NCBI GenBank assembly: GCA_033763315.1
Contig: JANRKS010000035.1
Coordinates: forward strand, 1-64,000
Source of the DNA: Deltaproteobacteria bacterium
Lineage (GTDB): Bacteria; Myxococcota_A; Polyangia; Fen-1088
Length of the DNA stretch: 64,000 bases
Direction of reading: 5' to 3'
Shown: positions 1 to 9,136 of the stretch, in pieces
Layout of the letters: every line of letters starts with the position of its first letter
Position numbering within the stretch: the stretch's first letter is position 1
The notes under the pieces: model-generated
What the model saw: the letters and a program-made list of their open reading frames with translations, nothing else
Told to the model about the DNA's origin: nothing
The model's database searches: none
Translations under genes and position numbers: made by a program

Positions 1-1047
1 GTGAATTCGCTCAGGTTCTACCGTGAGCCGCATTACATCTCGAGGCTGAACTTGGCTTTCGGCGGGCAGACGAGCCACCAAATCACCTGCGTTGCCCGCC
101 GTGAAAGTGACGTCCACAGCCTCACCGAGGGGCTCGACGACCTCTGCCGCGGCGGCAAATCCTGCCGCGGCGTCGCTGGTCAATTTAAAGGCATGAGCCC
201 GGATCCCGGCGACCACGCTGGTGCCCCCGGCGATCGATTGCTGCGGGGGCGGCAAACGCAGGCGGAAGCTTCCTTCGTCGAACCAAACGCCTCCATCGGC
301 GATCGCGATGCGCCCTGCAATGAAGTTCATGGGCGGCGTTCCCAAAAAGCCCGCCACAAAGCGATTCACGGGCTTTCGGTAAATGTCGAGCGGCGCCCCG
401 ATCTGCTGAACCACGCCGTCTTTCATGACCACCACCCTATCGCCCAAGGTCATGGCTTCTTCTTGATCGTGGGTCACATAAATAGTGGTCGCCCCCAGAC
501 GCGCTTGAAGCTTCTTGATCTCCGCGCGCATTTGCACGCGCAGACGTGCGTCCAAGTTGGATAGCGGCTCGTCAAACAAAAAGCACTTGGGATCACGCAC
601 CACCGCGCGCCCCACAGCCACACGTTGCCGCTGCCCCCCTGAAAGCGCCGCCGGCCGACGTTCCAGCATGCTTTGCAGCCCCAGAAACTCTGCCGCGTCT
701 TTGACCTTCTTATCCACTTCAGCTTTCGGCAAACCGCGAAGCTTCAAACCAAACGCCATGTTTTCGTACACGGTCATATGCGGATAAAGGGCATAGTTCT
801 GAAACACCATGGCGATGTCGCGGTTCTTCGGAGGCACGTCATTGACACGCTGATCGCCAATCCGCAGTTCGCCTGAGGATATATCCTCTAAACCAGCGAT
901 CATCCGCAGCGTCGTTGACTTGCCACATCCCGAAGGACCAACGAAAACCACGAACTGCTTGTCTTCGATCTTCAAATTGAAGTCGCGAACGGCGTGATAA
1001 CCGTCGGGGTATACCTTTTCTACGTGACTAAGTGTGACCTCTGACAT
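1..1047 (-). CDS. Carbohydrate ABC transporter ATP-binding subunit (MalK/UgpC family), 3' end outside window
   Basis: Not in ORF track. Manual translation from ATG at 1047 gives MSEVTLSHVEKVYPDGYHAVRDFNLKIEDKQFVVFVGPSGCGKSTTLRMIAGLE (Walker A). GGAGG RBS upstream. Divergent from the SBP and permease genes. Confidence 0.93.
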   Translation of the reverse strand, partial: MSEVTLSHVEKVYPDGYHAVRDFNLKIEDKQFVVFVGPSGCGKSTTLRMIAGLEDISSGELRIGDQRVNDVPPKNRDIAMVFQNYALYPHMTVYENMAFGLKLRGLPKAEVDKKVKDAAEFLGLQSMLERRPAALSGGQRQRVAVGRAVVRDPKCFLFDEPLSNLDARLRVQMRAEIKKLQARLGATTIYVTHDQEEAMTLGDRVVVMKDGVVQQIGAPLDIYRKPVNRFVAGFLGTPPMNFIAGRIAIADGGVWFDEGSFRLRLPPPQQSIAGGTSVVAGIRAHAFKLTSDAAAGFAAAAEVVEPLGEAVDVTFTAGNAGDLVARLPAESQVQPRDVMRLTVEPERIH

Positions 1048-1182
1048 ACAGCGCCTCCAAGGCACGACGACCAACAACGGCAATTGACTGTGAACTCAAC
1101 GTCGGTGAATCGTCTGATTGCCAAACGCACCTGTGATGGCGTATCAACAATTACCGTTCCGTATCTAATCCTATCGCCGCGC

Positions 1183-2547
1183 ATGCTTCAAGACTTCGTT
1201 CGCCGTTCGTTGCCGTTCGCATTTGCGGCGTTCGCGTTGAGCGCGGCGTGCCGCAAAACAGCGCCACAAGGCGCAGGTTCAGCCGCACCAGCGAAAAGCG
1301 TTTTGCGCCTCTTGCACATTGAGGTCGGCACCCGGCGCGCCACCTTGCAAGACGTGTTGACGACCTACAACGCGCAACACCCCGGCGTGCCCCTCGTTGA
1401 AGAAAGCATCGCTGGCGGCGGCAATCTGTTGCTGGGCGACAAGGTGCGAACAGATCTGGCTGCGGGCAATCCACCGCATCTTTTTCAGATGTGGCCCGGC
1501 GAAATCGTGGGTCCATTCATAGATGCGGGACACCTGCGCCCCATCGACGATTGGTTCGCAAAATACCATTGGGACGACGTGCTGATCCCGTGGACGCTCC
1601 GGTCCGTTGAACGCTACGGCAAACGTTGGGCGATCCCTACCGCCAGCCACGGCATGACGTTTTGGTACCGCAAAGACATCTTCGCCCGCTTGCACCTGAC
1701 GGAGCCGAATACTTATTCAGAGTTGGAGCAAGTGTGCACCACGTTGCGCGCCAACGACATCGACTGCATTTCGTTGGGTGGCAAGTACGGCTGGCTCACC
1801 ATGCGTCTGCTGGATTTCTTTATCGAACACACATGCGGCCCCTCGGTGCACGACCAACTCAACAAGCTTGAACAAGACTGGAACCAGCCGTGCGTCGTCG
1901 ATGCCTTCGGTTTGTTGGTTCGGTGGATCGACAAAGGATGGATCACAAGTGACTTCTTGAACGTGGCGCCCAACGATGCGCGTCTACCGTTTTACCGAGG
2001 AACGGCGGCCATGACCTTCGAGGGCGATTGGATGGAGTCGATCCTCACGCAAGAAGACGAGCAAGACATCAATCGTTACGATTTCTTCTTGCCGCCGAGC
2101 GATCACACCCCACGGCGCTTCTGCGGGTTCGCAGAGATGTTCGCTGTTGTGCGCAACGCGGGCAATGAGGATCGGGTGGCTGACTTCTTGAACGAATATC
2201 TGCAAGAAGCTGTGCAAGCGAAGACGTTGGCCGGCGTCGATTGGACGGCGCGCCGAAACGTCCCTCTGGATCCGGCCAAGTGGCCACGCACAAAGAAGTG
2301 GCGGCAGTTCATCGACAATGGCGCCACTTACCCGCCCACAGATCAGGTGTTCCCGCGCAAAGTGATGGATGATTGGTTCGAAATTCAAGATAGCGTGGCG
2401 GCTAAACGCACGCCTCCCGCACAAGGCGCGGCCGCGCTTGGCAAAGCGTTGGACAACTACCGCACTTACCGTGCGAAAATGGCACCCGTTTACGAGGATC
2501 GTGCCACATTTGGACCGCAAGGCAGCAGCAAGGCCCCGGCACCATGA
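1183..2547 (+). CDS. Carbohydrate ABC transporter substrate-binding lipoprotein
   Basis: Lipobox-like LSAAC after a hydrophobic stretch. Family-1 SBP motifs (AGNPPHL, YRKDIF, GTAAM..GDW). Start moved to ATG 1183. Confidence 0.88.
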   Translation: MLQDFVRRSLPFAFAAFALSAACRKTAPQGAGSAAPAKSVLRLLHIEVGTRRATLQDVLTTYNAQHPGVPLVEESIAGGGNLLLGDKVRTDLAAGNPPHLFQMWPGEIVGPFIDAGHLRPIDDWFAKYHWDDVLIPWTLRSVERYGKRWAIPTASHGMTFWYRKDIFARLHLTEPNTYSELEQVCTTLRANDIDCISLGGKYGWLTMRLLDFFIEHTCGPSVHDQLNKLEQDWNQPCVVDAFGLLVRWIDKGWITSDFLNVAPNDARLPFYRGTAAMTFEGDWMESILTQEDEQDINRYDFFLPPSDHTPRRFCGFAEMFAVVRNAGNEDRVADFLNEYLQEAVQAKTLAGVDWTARRNVPLDPAKWPRTKKWRQFIDNGATYPPTDQVFPRKVMDDWFEIQDSVAAKRTPPAQGAAALGKALDNYRTYRAKMAPVYEDRATFGPQGSSKAPAP

Positions 2548-3413
2548 ACGCGGCCAGCAACAAGCTCACGCCCTATCTTTTCATGGCCCCAGCCCTCGTG
2601 CTGTTTTTGGGCTTCTTGGTGTACCCAATGATGCACTCGTTGGTCGTCAGCCTCACCGATTGGGATGGCTTGTCGGCCACGTGGCATTTCGTTGGTCTTT
2701 CAAACTACGTCACCATCTTCACTGACCCCGCGTCGCGGGCCGCTTTGAGCAACACACTCATTTGGTCGGCTGTGATGGTCACCGTGCCCACGATTTTAGG
2801 CTTGGGCATGGCGGTGACACTCAACCAAAAGCTGCGCGGCCGCACCTTCTTTCGTTCGGTGTTTTACGGGCCCACGATCTTGCCGCTGTCAGCCGTCGCG
2901 CTGATCTGGGTGTGGCTTTATAACCCTCACTTCGGCCTCATCAACGAGGTACTCAGGGGCATCGGTCTCAAGAGTTGGGCGAAAGGGTGGCTATCAAACT
3001 TCGACACAGCGTTGCCTGCGGTTCTTGTCACGGCCATTTGGCACGGCGCCGGGTTTCCGATGTTGCTTTACCTTGCGGGGCTTCAAGGCGTCTCGCCTTC
3101 GCAATACGAAGCGGCGGCGCTTGATGGTGCGGGCCCTTGGCGCCGCTTCATCCACGTCACGCTTCCGGGCCTCAAAGAAACGCACATCGTTGTGTTCACG
3201 CTGGCCATCATCGGGTCTGTGCGTTCGTTCGAGCTGATCTACGCGATGACTTACGGCGGGCCGGGCCGTTCCACGCAAGTGCTGGCCACCTGGATGTACT
3301 TCAACATCTTTCAATACAACCAAGCGGGCGCGGGCTCAGCGATTGCGTGGTTGATCGCCGCCATATCGTTGGCCGTCACTATCCCCTACATTCGTTTGAT
3401 GTCACGTCGGTAG
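2544..3413 (+). CDS. Carbohydrate ABC transporter permease (MalF/UgpA type)
   Basis: Multiple TM segments, EAA loop YEAAALDGAG, ATGA overlap with the SBP gene. Confidence 0.93.
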   Translation: MNAASNKLTPYLFMAPALVLFLGFLVYPMMHSLVVSLTDWDGLSATWHFVGLSNYVTIFTDPASRAALSNTLIWSAVMVTVPTILGLGMAVTLNQKLRGRTFFRSVFYGPTILPLSAVALIWVWLYNPHFGLINEVLRGIGLKSWAKGWLSNFDTALPAVLVTAIWHGAGFPMLLYLAGLQGVSPSQYEAAALDGAGPWRRFIHVTLPGLKETHIVVFTLAIIGSVRSFELIYAMTYGGPGRSTQVLATWMYFNIFQYNQAGAGSAIAWLIAAISLAVTIPYIRLMSRR

Positions 3414-3415
3414 CC

Positions 3416-4255
3416 ATGGCTGTAGAACGTAAATCGTGGACGCGGAACACACTGCTGCTCGTGGCATTGGCGATTGCCGCGGCTTTTTGGCTGATCCCTT
3501 TTGCGTTTCTGATCCTCACGTCGCTGCGAGCGCAAGGAGAACTATTATCGGACGGCGTGTTTTCGTGGCCGCGCGAACTGCGCTGGACCAACTTTGCAGC
3601 CGCGTGGAACGTGGGCAATTTCTCCACGTATTTTGCCAACAGTGCTTTCGTGGTGGCGCTCAAAGTGCCCGTGGGCATCTTGGTGGCGGCTCTCGCCGCG
3701 TATCCCTTGGCGAAGATGAAGTTCGCCGGGGAACGCTGGTTCTTCACGCTGTTCTTGATCGGATTGGCCGTTCCCATGCACGTAACGTTGTTGCCGCTGG
3801 CGCAGCTGTCGCAAAAGTTGGGCTTGTCCGATACTTTGTGGGCGCTGCTGCCCCCCTACATTGCGTTTGGTCTGCCGTTTCAGATCTTGGTGTTGCGGGG
3901 TTTCTTCCGCACGGTGCCCACCGCGCTGGTCGAGGCCGCGCGGCTCGACGGCTGCAGCGAGCTCGGGGTGTTCTTCCGTGTAATGCTTCCGGTGTCTAAG
4001 CCCGCCTTGGCCACGCTGCTCATCATCGACGTCGTCGGCACATGGAACGAGTTGATCATCGCGCTTGTGTTACTGTCTTCCGAAACCAGCCGCACAGTGC
4101 CCTTAGGGCTGTTGACGTTTCAGGGGCAATTCGGTGTGAAGTTTGCCCAGCTCTCTGCGGCCATTGTCATCGGCATCGCCCCGATGGTGATTGTCTATGT
4201 GATCTTTCAGCGCCACCTCATCGCCGGGATGACGGCTGGGGCGCTCAAGGAATAG
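3416..4255 (+). CDS. Carbohydrate ABC transporter permease (MalG/UgpE type)
   Basis: EAA loop EAARLDGCS and typical FQRHLIAGMTAGALKE C-terminus. Start at ATG 3416, just after the upstream stop. Confidence 0.93.
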   Translation: MAVERKSWTRNTLLLVALAIAAAFWLIPFAFLILTSLRAQGELLSDGVFSWPRELRWTNFAAAWNVGNFSTYFANSAFVVALKVPVGILVAALAAYPLAKMKFAGERWFFTLFLIGLAVPMHVTLLPLAQLSQKLGLSDTLWALLPPYIAFGLPFQILVLRGFFRTVPTALVEAARLDGCSELGVFFRVMLPVSKPALATLLIIDVVGTWNELIIALVLLSSETSRTVPLGLLTFQGQFGVKFAQLSAAIVIGIAPMVIVYVIFQRHLIAGMTAGALKE

Positions 4256-4327
4256 GCCAGAACACATTCTCCGCTTAATCGCCCGGCAAACTTGCGAACG
4301 CCGCAAAGCGTTTGATACTTTCCCCCC

Positions 4328-4636
4328 ATGCCGTTGCGACCGACCCTGCTTGGAATGTCCCTTTTCGGGATCTGTGTCGGCGTCGCAGCGTTGGGAGCCC
4401 AAAGCTGCTCCTCTGGCACCGGCCAGCAGGACCAGTATTACGACACCGACGTGGCTGCCGATTACGGCGGCCCTGAAGTGGGCTCCCGGGCCGACAGCTC
4501 AACGCAAAGTGACAACGACGCCAATGCAGGCGATGATGCGTCAACGCAGAATTTTGACGCGGGTTCGAAGGATACCAACGAATCCGCCGATGCTACTGCT
4601 GACCTGGGGGCAAGCGACGCTGCCTCGAGCCTTTAA
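4328..4636 (+). CDS. Small acidic exported or lipoprotein-like hypothetical protein
   Basis: Hydrophobic N-terminus ending in AQSC, followed by an Asp/Ala/Ser-rich tail. Fills the intergenic gap in the same orientation as its neighbours. Confidence 0.55.
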   Translation: MPLRPTLLGMSLFGICVGVAALGAQSCSSGTGQQDQYYDTDVAADYGGPEVGSRADSSTQSDNDANAGDDASTQNFDAGSKDTNESADATADLGASDAASSL

Positions 4637-4672
4637 TTTCAAGATCACGCAAGAACCCCGCGGAGGAAGACT

Positions 4673-5848
4673 GTGCAAACTGCCCAAGGAAACGCCCTAG
4701 AATGGGAGGGCGGCTCGATCGACGACCTCGTCGCCATGTTGGCGTTACCAGCCCTCGCGGTGCGTGTTGAGGTTCGGACGCCCGCGGCTGGTAAACCCAA
4801 AAAGGTCGGCGAGATCCACATGGTGGCCGGAGGGGTCTACGAAACCATCGCGGGTGAATTACGAGGCGACGATGCCATGGAGCATCTGCGCGGGGTCTCG
4901 CCGTTGAGCTTCCGCCTCCAACCACGCCTGCCCAACCCCGACGATGGGGGGCTTCTGATTCCGGGCCCCGGCGAAGGGACCCTTGCCGAACGTCCTCCCG
5001 CTGAGCTCATGCGCTACTGCGAGCTTTATGTGCTCACGTGCGTTCTCGAGATTTGGCGCGACACCGACCGCGCTTCCATTACCTACACGAAGGGCGAGAT
5101 CGGCAGCACCATCGTCAATGGCAGCGAAGCGTCTGATCGTCTCGCTGAGGTGATCAACTGGGACAGCGGCGGTTACCGCATCGTTTTGGCGGATCTATCG
5201 CTTCCCGAGCCGGCCAAGCCTACGCCCAAAGCGGCACCTGCGCCCGCCCGCACCATGTTTGGCTATCCGGCCTCTGGCTCGACTTCGCAGCCCGTGGCCG
5301 TGCAAACCGCCTCGGCTCGAATCACGCCCGCGGCCGCCGAACCCGTGGCCGAGACTCGTCCTTCCACGCCAGTGGCTGCGGCGCCTGCGATTGTAGACGC
5401 ACCTGCGCCTGCAGCGGCTCCCGTGGAAGTGGCTCCCACAAAGGTTGCCAAGCCTGAACCGGCCGCCGAACCAACGCCCCAGGTGGCGGCGCGCGAAGCG
5501 AAGCCCGCCGAGACCAAGGCGGCCGAGGTCAAACCCGCGGCCGCTCAAGCCGAGCCGAAAGCGCAGCCGGCCAAATCAGCCGCCAAGCCCAAAGAAGCCA
5601 AACCTGAGCCCAAGCAGCCAGAGGCGCGCAAGACCGAACCCCGCAAGACGGCTCAACAAGAGACGCGCAAAACCAAGAAGAGCAAGATCCCAGAAAAGCG
5701 GAATGAAGAGCTGGCCACGGTTCCCGTTACGGTACCGGAAGCGCCAAAGAAGAGCGAGGGCAGCATTTGGTCTGCCATTGCGTTGGGCTTGGTGGTTGGC
5801 CTCGCGTGCGCCGCGATTTACTGGATCATCCAGGCAACCCGGGGCTGA
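4673..5848 (+). CDS. DUF4388/PATAN-like tandem-domain protein with Pro/Ala/Lys-rich linker and C-terminal TM
   Basis: Two units resembling DUF4388 (GEIHMVAGGV..., ASITYTKGEI...WDSGGY). Long low-complexity linker and terminal hydrophobic helix. GGAGG RBS before the GTG. Confidence 0.65.
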   Translation: MQTAQGNALEWEGGSIDDLVAMLALPALAVRVEVRTPAAGKPKKVGEIHMVAGGVYETIAGELRGDDAMEHLRGVSPLSFRLQPRLPNPDDGGLLIPGPGEGTLAERPPAELMRYCELYVLTCVLEIWRDTDRASITYTKGEIGSTIVNGSEASDRLAEVINWDSGGYRIVLADLSLPEPAKPTPKAAPAPARTMFGYPASGSTSQPVAVQTASARITPAAAEPVAETRPSTPVAAAPAIVDAPAPAAAPVEVAPTKVAKPEPAAEPTPQVAAREAKPAETKAAEVKPAAAQAEPKAQPAKSAAKPKEAKPEPKQPEARKTEPRKTAQQETRKTKKSKIPEKRNEELATVPVTVPEAPKKSEGSIWSAIALGLVVGLACAAIYWIIQATRG

Positions 5849-5916
5849 GCGTAGCGAAATACCAGCATCGCACTGGACATAGAAGGCGCGGACATGCAGA
5901 ACTTGCCCGCGCCCGC

Positions 5917-6672
5917 ATGTTCGCAGCCATCGCCGACGTTTACCATCGCACGAAGAAGCCACAAGATCTGGCCTTCAACCGCTATGTGGCGCGCCCGGCG
6001 GCAGCCGTCTTGGTTGCGGCCTTGGCGAAAACACGCGTCACCCCCAACCAAGTCACGTTCGCTTCGTTGGCCCTGTTCACGCTGGCAGCGCTTGGACTGG
6101 CCTTAGGCCCCGGGTGGCTTTGGCTGCTCGCAAGCACCGCTGTGCTTGAGTTTTCTTATGTAGTCGATATGGCCGATGGGCAGCTGGCCCGCTGGCGTGG
6201 CACGTCGTCGCCGGCCGGAGCCCACCTTGACTACATGGCCGATGAGTTCAAAGCACTGCTGCTCATCGCTGCGTTGGGCGTTCGTTTGTGGTTGGCCACG
6301 CAGCAAAGCTTGTGGTTGGTCGAAGCCTTGTTGGGTGTTGTGACGGTGGCTTGTGCGATCACATTGACGTCCTTCCTGAGGCGTCCAGAAGTTGTGGCGG
6401 CCACGGGCAAGCGCGCCTCGGCGGCGGCAGGCGATTATGGCGATGGCTTCGCCGTTGATGCCCCGGTGGCCACACAACGCAGTTTGCTTGGCAAGCTGAT
6501 CGGGGCAGCGGAGTCGATCGGTAAGTTCATCGTCCACTACCCCACGTATTTGTGGTTGGTGGCGTTGCTTGATCGCATTGACGTCTTCGTGCACATCTAT
6601 CTTTTTATGAACCTGGCGTACGCTGCGCGCTCGATGCTGGTCGTGGTCTGGCGCTTGGGTCGTCGAACATGA
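5917..6672 (+). CDS. CDP-alcohol phosphatidyltransferase family protein
   Basis: TPNQVT plus the signature DMADGQLAR-x8-G-x3-D-x3-D. Start moved to ATG 5917. Confidence 0.88.
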   Translation: MFAAIADVYHRTKKPQDLAFNRYVARPAAAVLVAALAKTRVTPNQVTFASLALFTLAALGLALGPGWLWLLASTAVLEFSYVVDMADGQLARWRGTSSPAGAHLDYMADEFKALLLIAALGVRLWLATQQSLWLVEALLGVVTVACAITLTSFLRRPEVVAATGKRASAAAGDYGDGFAVDAPVATQRSLLGKLIGAAESIGKFIVHYPTYLWLVALLDRIDVFVHIYLFMNLAYAARSMLVVVWRLGRRT

Positions 6673-6684
6673 GTCCCGGTTTGC

Positions 6685-7101
6685 ATGAATGATCATAACG
6701 AACGCGACTGGTTGCTTCGGCTTTCGGCCGAGGATTGGCTTGCCGCTGCCACCAATGAACTCAGCCACTGCAAAGACGCCCTAGAACGCCGCTCGCACCG
6801 CACGGGTGTCACGCACGCAAGGCGCGCGGCTGGCATGGCTTTAAATGCTCTTTTGCGCGTGCGTTTCAAAGCCGAATGGGGTCGCAGTTACATGGATCAC
6901 ATCGTCGCTTTGGCCCAAGATGAACGCGAGCCAGAGTCCGTGCGCGCTGATGCGCAAACCTTGGTGGACACGAAACCGATGCCACCTGAGCTGGTGGCTT
7001 TAGGCAAACCCGACATGCGTTCTTTGCATGCTGCGGCGAACATCACGACCTGGGCCAAGACGCGCATCGACAGTGTGCGGGCCGCGGCCACCAGCAACTA
7101 A
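6685..7101 (+). CDS. Hypothetical helical protein, weakly HEPN-like
   Basis: Operonic spacing. The N-terminal pattern WL..A..EL...K.AL......ARRAAGMALNALL resembles HEPN helices 1-2. Confidence 0.6.
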   Translation: MNDHNERDWLLRLSAEDWLAAATNELSHCKDALERRSHRTGVTHARRAAGMALNALLRVRFKAEWGRSYMDHIVALAQDEREPESVRADAQTLVDTKPMPPELVALGKPDMRSLHAAANITTWAKTRIDSVRAAATSN

Positions 7102-7700
7102 CTGAGCTCGAAAGGATACGTCACCACTTGGCTGCCGCCCGACGCAGGGTAATGCAGGCCGGAAACGACCTCCTTCACGCAACCGTATAGGCCACCTTGC
7201 TGCAGAATCGCAGGTGCTTCCACCCGCACGCCGCGAATCTGCCCGGTGCGCTGAATGCGAAACTGTATGTTCACGCGGCCCGGAACAAAGGTACTCGGAT
7301 CGGGGCGCGCCTTGTCGATGCAGTCAAGGATGGCGTCTTGGCGTGCGCGAAAACGATCGTCGATCTCATCTTGCGACAGTTCCTCGGCCGCGCCGTTGGC
7401 CATGTCTAGATGAAGCACATCAGGCTTTGACAGATCGTCGCCTTTGCCCACCGAGCGAAGCTCCGCCGCCGTCAGCTTGCGCTCAGGCTGTGCAGGCGCC
7501 ACCGCTGCCTCCGACCCAGGAGCCTGTGCAACGGCTCGACCCCGGCGCTTCACCCGCCGCGCGCGCTTGGGGGCAGGAACGTCTGCCATCGGGGCCACCT
7601 GGGGCGCGGGCGCCGCGGGCTGCACCCGAAGCACGAAATAGTAATAGGCACCCACCCAGCCCGCCGACGCAACGATAAGACCGAGTAAGAAACCTCGCAT
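7098..7700 (-). CDS. Membrane-anchored protein with AgmX/PglI-C (TonB-C-like) domain
   Basis: N-terminal TM (MRGFLLGLIV...). C-terminal I..C...GRVNIQFRIQRTG...C...VTYPF pattern. Confidence 0.7.
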   Translation of the reverse strand: MRGFLLGLIVASAGWVGAYYYFVLRVQPAAPAPQVAPMADVPAPKRARRVKRRGRAVAQAPGSEAAVAPAQPERKLTAAELRSVGKGDDLSKPDVLHLDMANGAAEELSQDEIDDRFRARQDAILDCIDKARPDPSTFVPGRVNIQFRIQRTGQIRGVRVEAPAILQQGGLYGCVKEVVSGLHYPASGGSQVVTYPFELS

Positions 7701-7971
7701 GGCGCGTTGCAGACTATCAGGCTCATCCGCAACGGACAAAGGCCCCGGGGGCTTTCCTGCGGAAGAAATTAGCCACAATCGCCTCAACTCGCCCCTCAAG
7801 ACGACATGGCCGCTTGACCAGGTCAACGTTGCAGGACTATGTTTACGGTCCAGTGGGCGGCAACCGCCCTTTTCCGTTCTGCGTCGAATTGTCCGTTGAT
7901 ACGAGTCCTTGTAACCCGTTGCAGTTCCAACCTCGCCGCACGAACTAGTCCCTCAGGAGAGTTTCCCCAGT

Positions 7972-8256
7972 ATGAAAAAAGCAGACCTCGTCGATTCGGT
8001 GGCCAAGCAACACGGCATTGCACGCCCCCAGGTCGAGACGATTGTCGATGCCGCCCTTGAAGCTGTTGCAGCTGCGATGGAACAAGGCGAGCGTATTGAT
8101 TTCCGCGGCTTTGGCGCGTTCCTCGTGAAGGAATCGAAAGCCCGCACAGCACGCAACCCGCGCACGGGCGAACCTATCGAGATCGCAGCGAAGCGTGTTC
8201 CCACCTTCCGCCCTGGAAAAGAGCTGAAGGACCGGATGAACAAGGCCAAGGCTTAA
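7972..8256 (+). CDS. hup: HU/IHF family DNA-binding protein
   Basis: MKKADLV, GFGAF, ARNPRTGE, PTFRPGKELK. AGGAG RBS. Confidence 0.95.
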   Translation: MKKADLVDSVAKQHGIARPQVETIVDAALEAVAAAMEQGERIDFRGFGAFLVKESKARTARNPRTGEPIEIAAKRVPTFRPGKELKDRMNKAKA

Positions 8257-8308
8257 CCAGCTTAACGTCAACCAATCCTAAGGAACAGCGCTAGAGGCAC
8301 GACCGGTC

Positions 8309-9085
8309 ATGGGTACCCGTCTTTTCGTTGGGAACCTCTCTTACAACGTAACGGAGCAGGAGCTGCGAGACGCCTTCGTCAATGAAGGCATCGCGTTGCG
8401 AAGCATTCGTGTGTCGCTTGATCGGGAAACTGGTCGGCCACGCGGCTTTGCATTCGTCGAAGCAGCGACTGAAGACGACGCAAAGAAGGCTCGGGAAACA
8501 CTTTCCGGACGCTTGCTGCAAGGCCGCGCCATCATTGTCGAGGAAGCGCAAGAGCGCGCCGCTGGAGGTCCCCGTCCGGGTGGCCCCGGGGGCGGCCCAG
8601 GCGGTCCCCGGCCCGGTGGCTACGGTGGCGGCGCTCCGGGTGGCGGCTATGGCAGCGGTCCTCGCCCCGGCGGCTATGGCGGCGGTCCTCCAGGCGGAGG
8701 GGGCGGTTATGGCGGCGGTGGCGGTGGTGGTGGCTATGGGGGCGGCGGTGGTTACCGAGGCCCAGCAGGCGGCCCTGGACCTGGTCCTGGCGGTGGCGGT
8801 GGTTACGGTGGTCCTCCGGGCGGCCCGCCTGGCGGTTACCGTGGCCCTCCCCGTGGGCCGGCACCCGATCCCAATTACAGGCGCGATCCGTTTTCTGGCG
8901 GAGGCGCCGATCCCGGAGGGGCACCTCCTCCCGGTCCCGACGGTCCTCGCGGCCCTGGGTTCTTGTCTCGCGATGACGACGACAAGAAGAAAGCGTCGAA
9001 GAAGGATCCCAAAAAGCAGTCCACGCGCCCGAAGGAAAAGGAACGCGGGAACTGGCGTTGGAATGGCATGGTCGACGAGGACTAG
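8309..9085 (+). CDS. RRM RNA-binding protein with long Gly/Pro/Tyr/Arg-rich tail
   Basis: RNP2 LFVGNL and RNP1 RGFAFV. GGYGG and GPRPGG repeats. Confidence 0.92.
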   Translation: MGTRLFVGNLSYNVTEQELRDAFVNEGIALRSIRVSLDRETGRPRGFAFVEAATEDDAKKARETLSGRLLQGRAIIVEEAQERAAGGPRPGGPGGGPGGPRPGGYGGGAPGGGYGSGPRPGGYGGGPPGGGGGYGGGGGGGGYGGGGGYRGPAGGPGPGPGGGGGYGGPPGGPPGGYRGPPRGPAPDPNYRRDPFSGGGADPGGAPPPGPDGPRGPGFLSRDDDDKKKASKKDPKKQSTRPKEKERGNWRWNGMVDED

Positions 9086-9136
9086 AGCTCGTCCTCCAGA
9101 TCTTCAGATTCTTCGACCAGCGGGAGCCACACTCCC

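Noticed and set aside
1-876. Plus-strand ORFs 1..564, 515..787 and 673..876
   Set aside because: Antisense shadows of the minus-strand ABC ATPase, which carries clear Walker motifs.
8560-8860. G-rich repeats as a non-coding repeat element
   Set aside because: Fully explained by Gly/Pro codons of the RRM protein tail.
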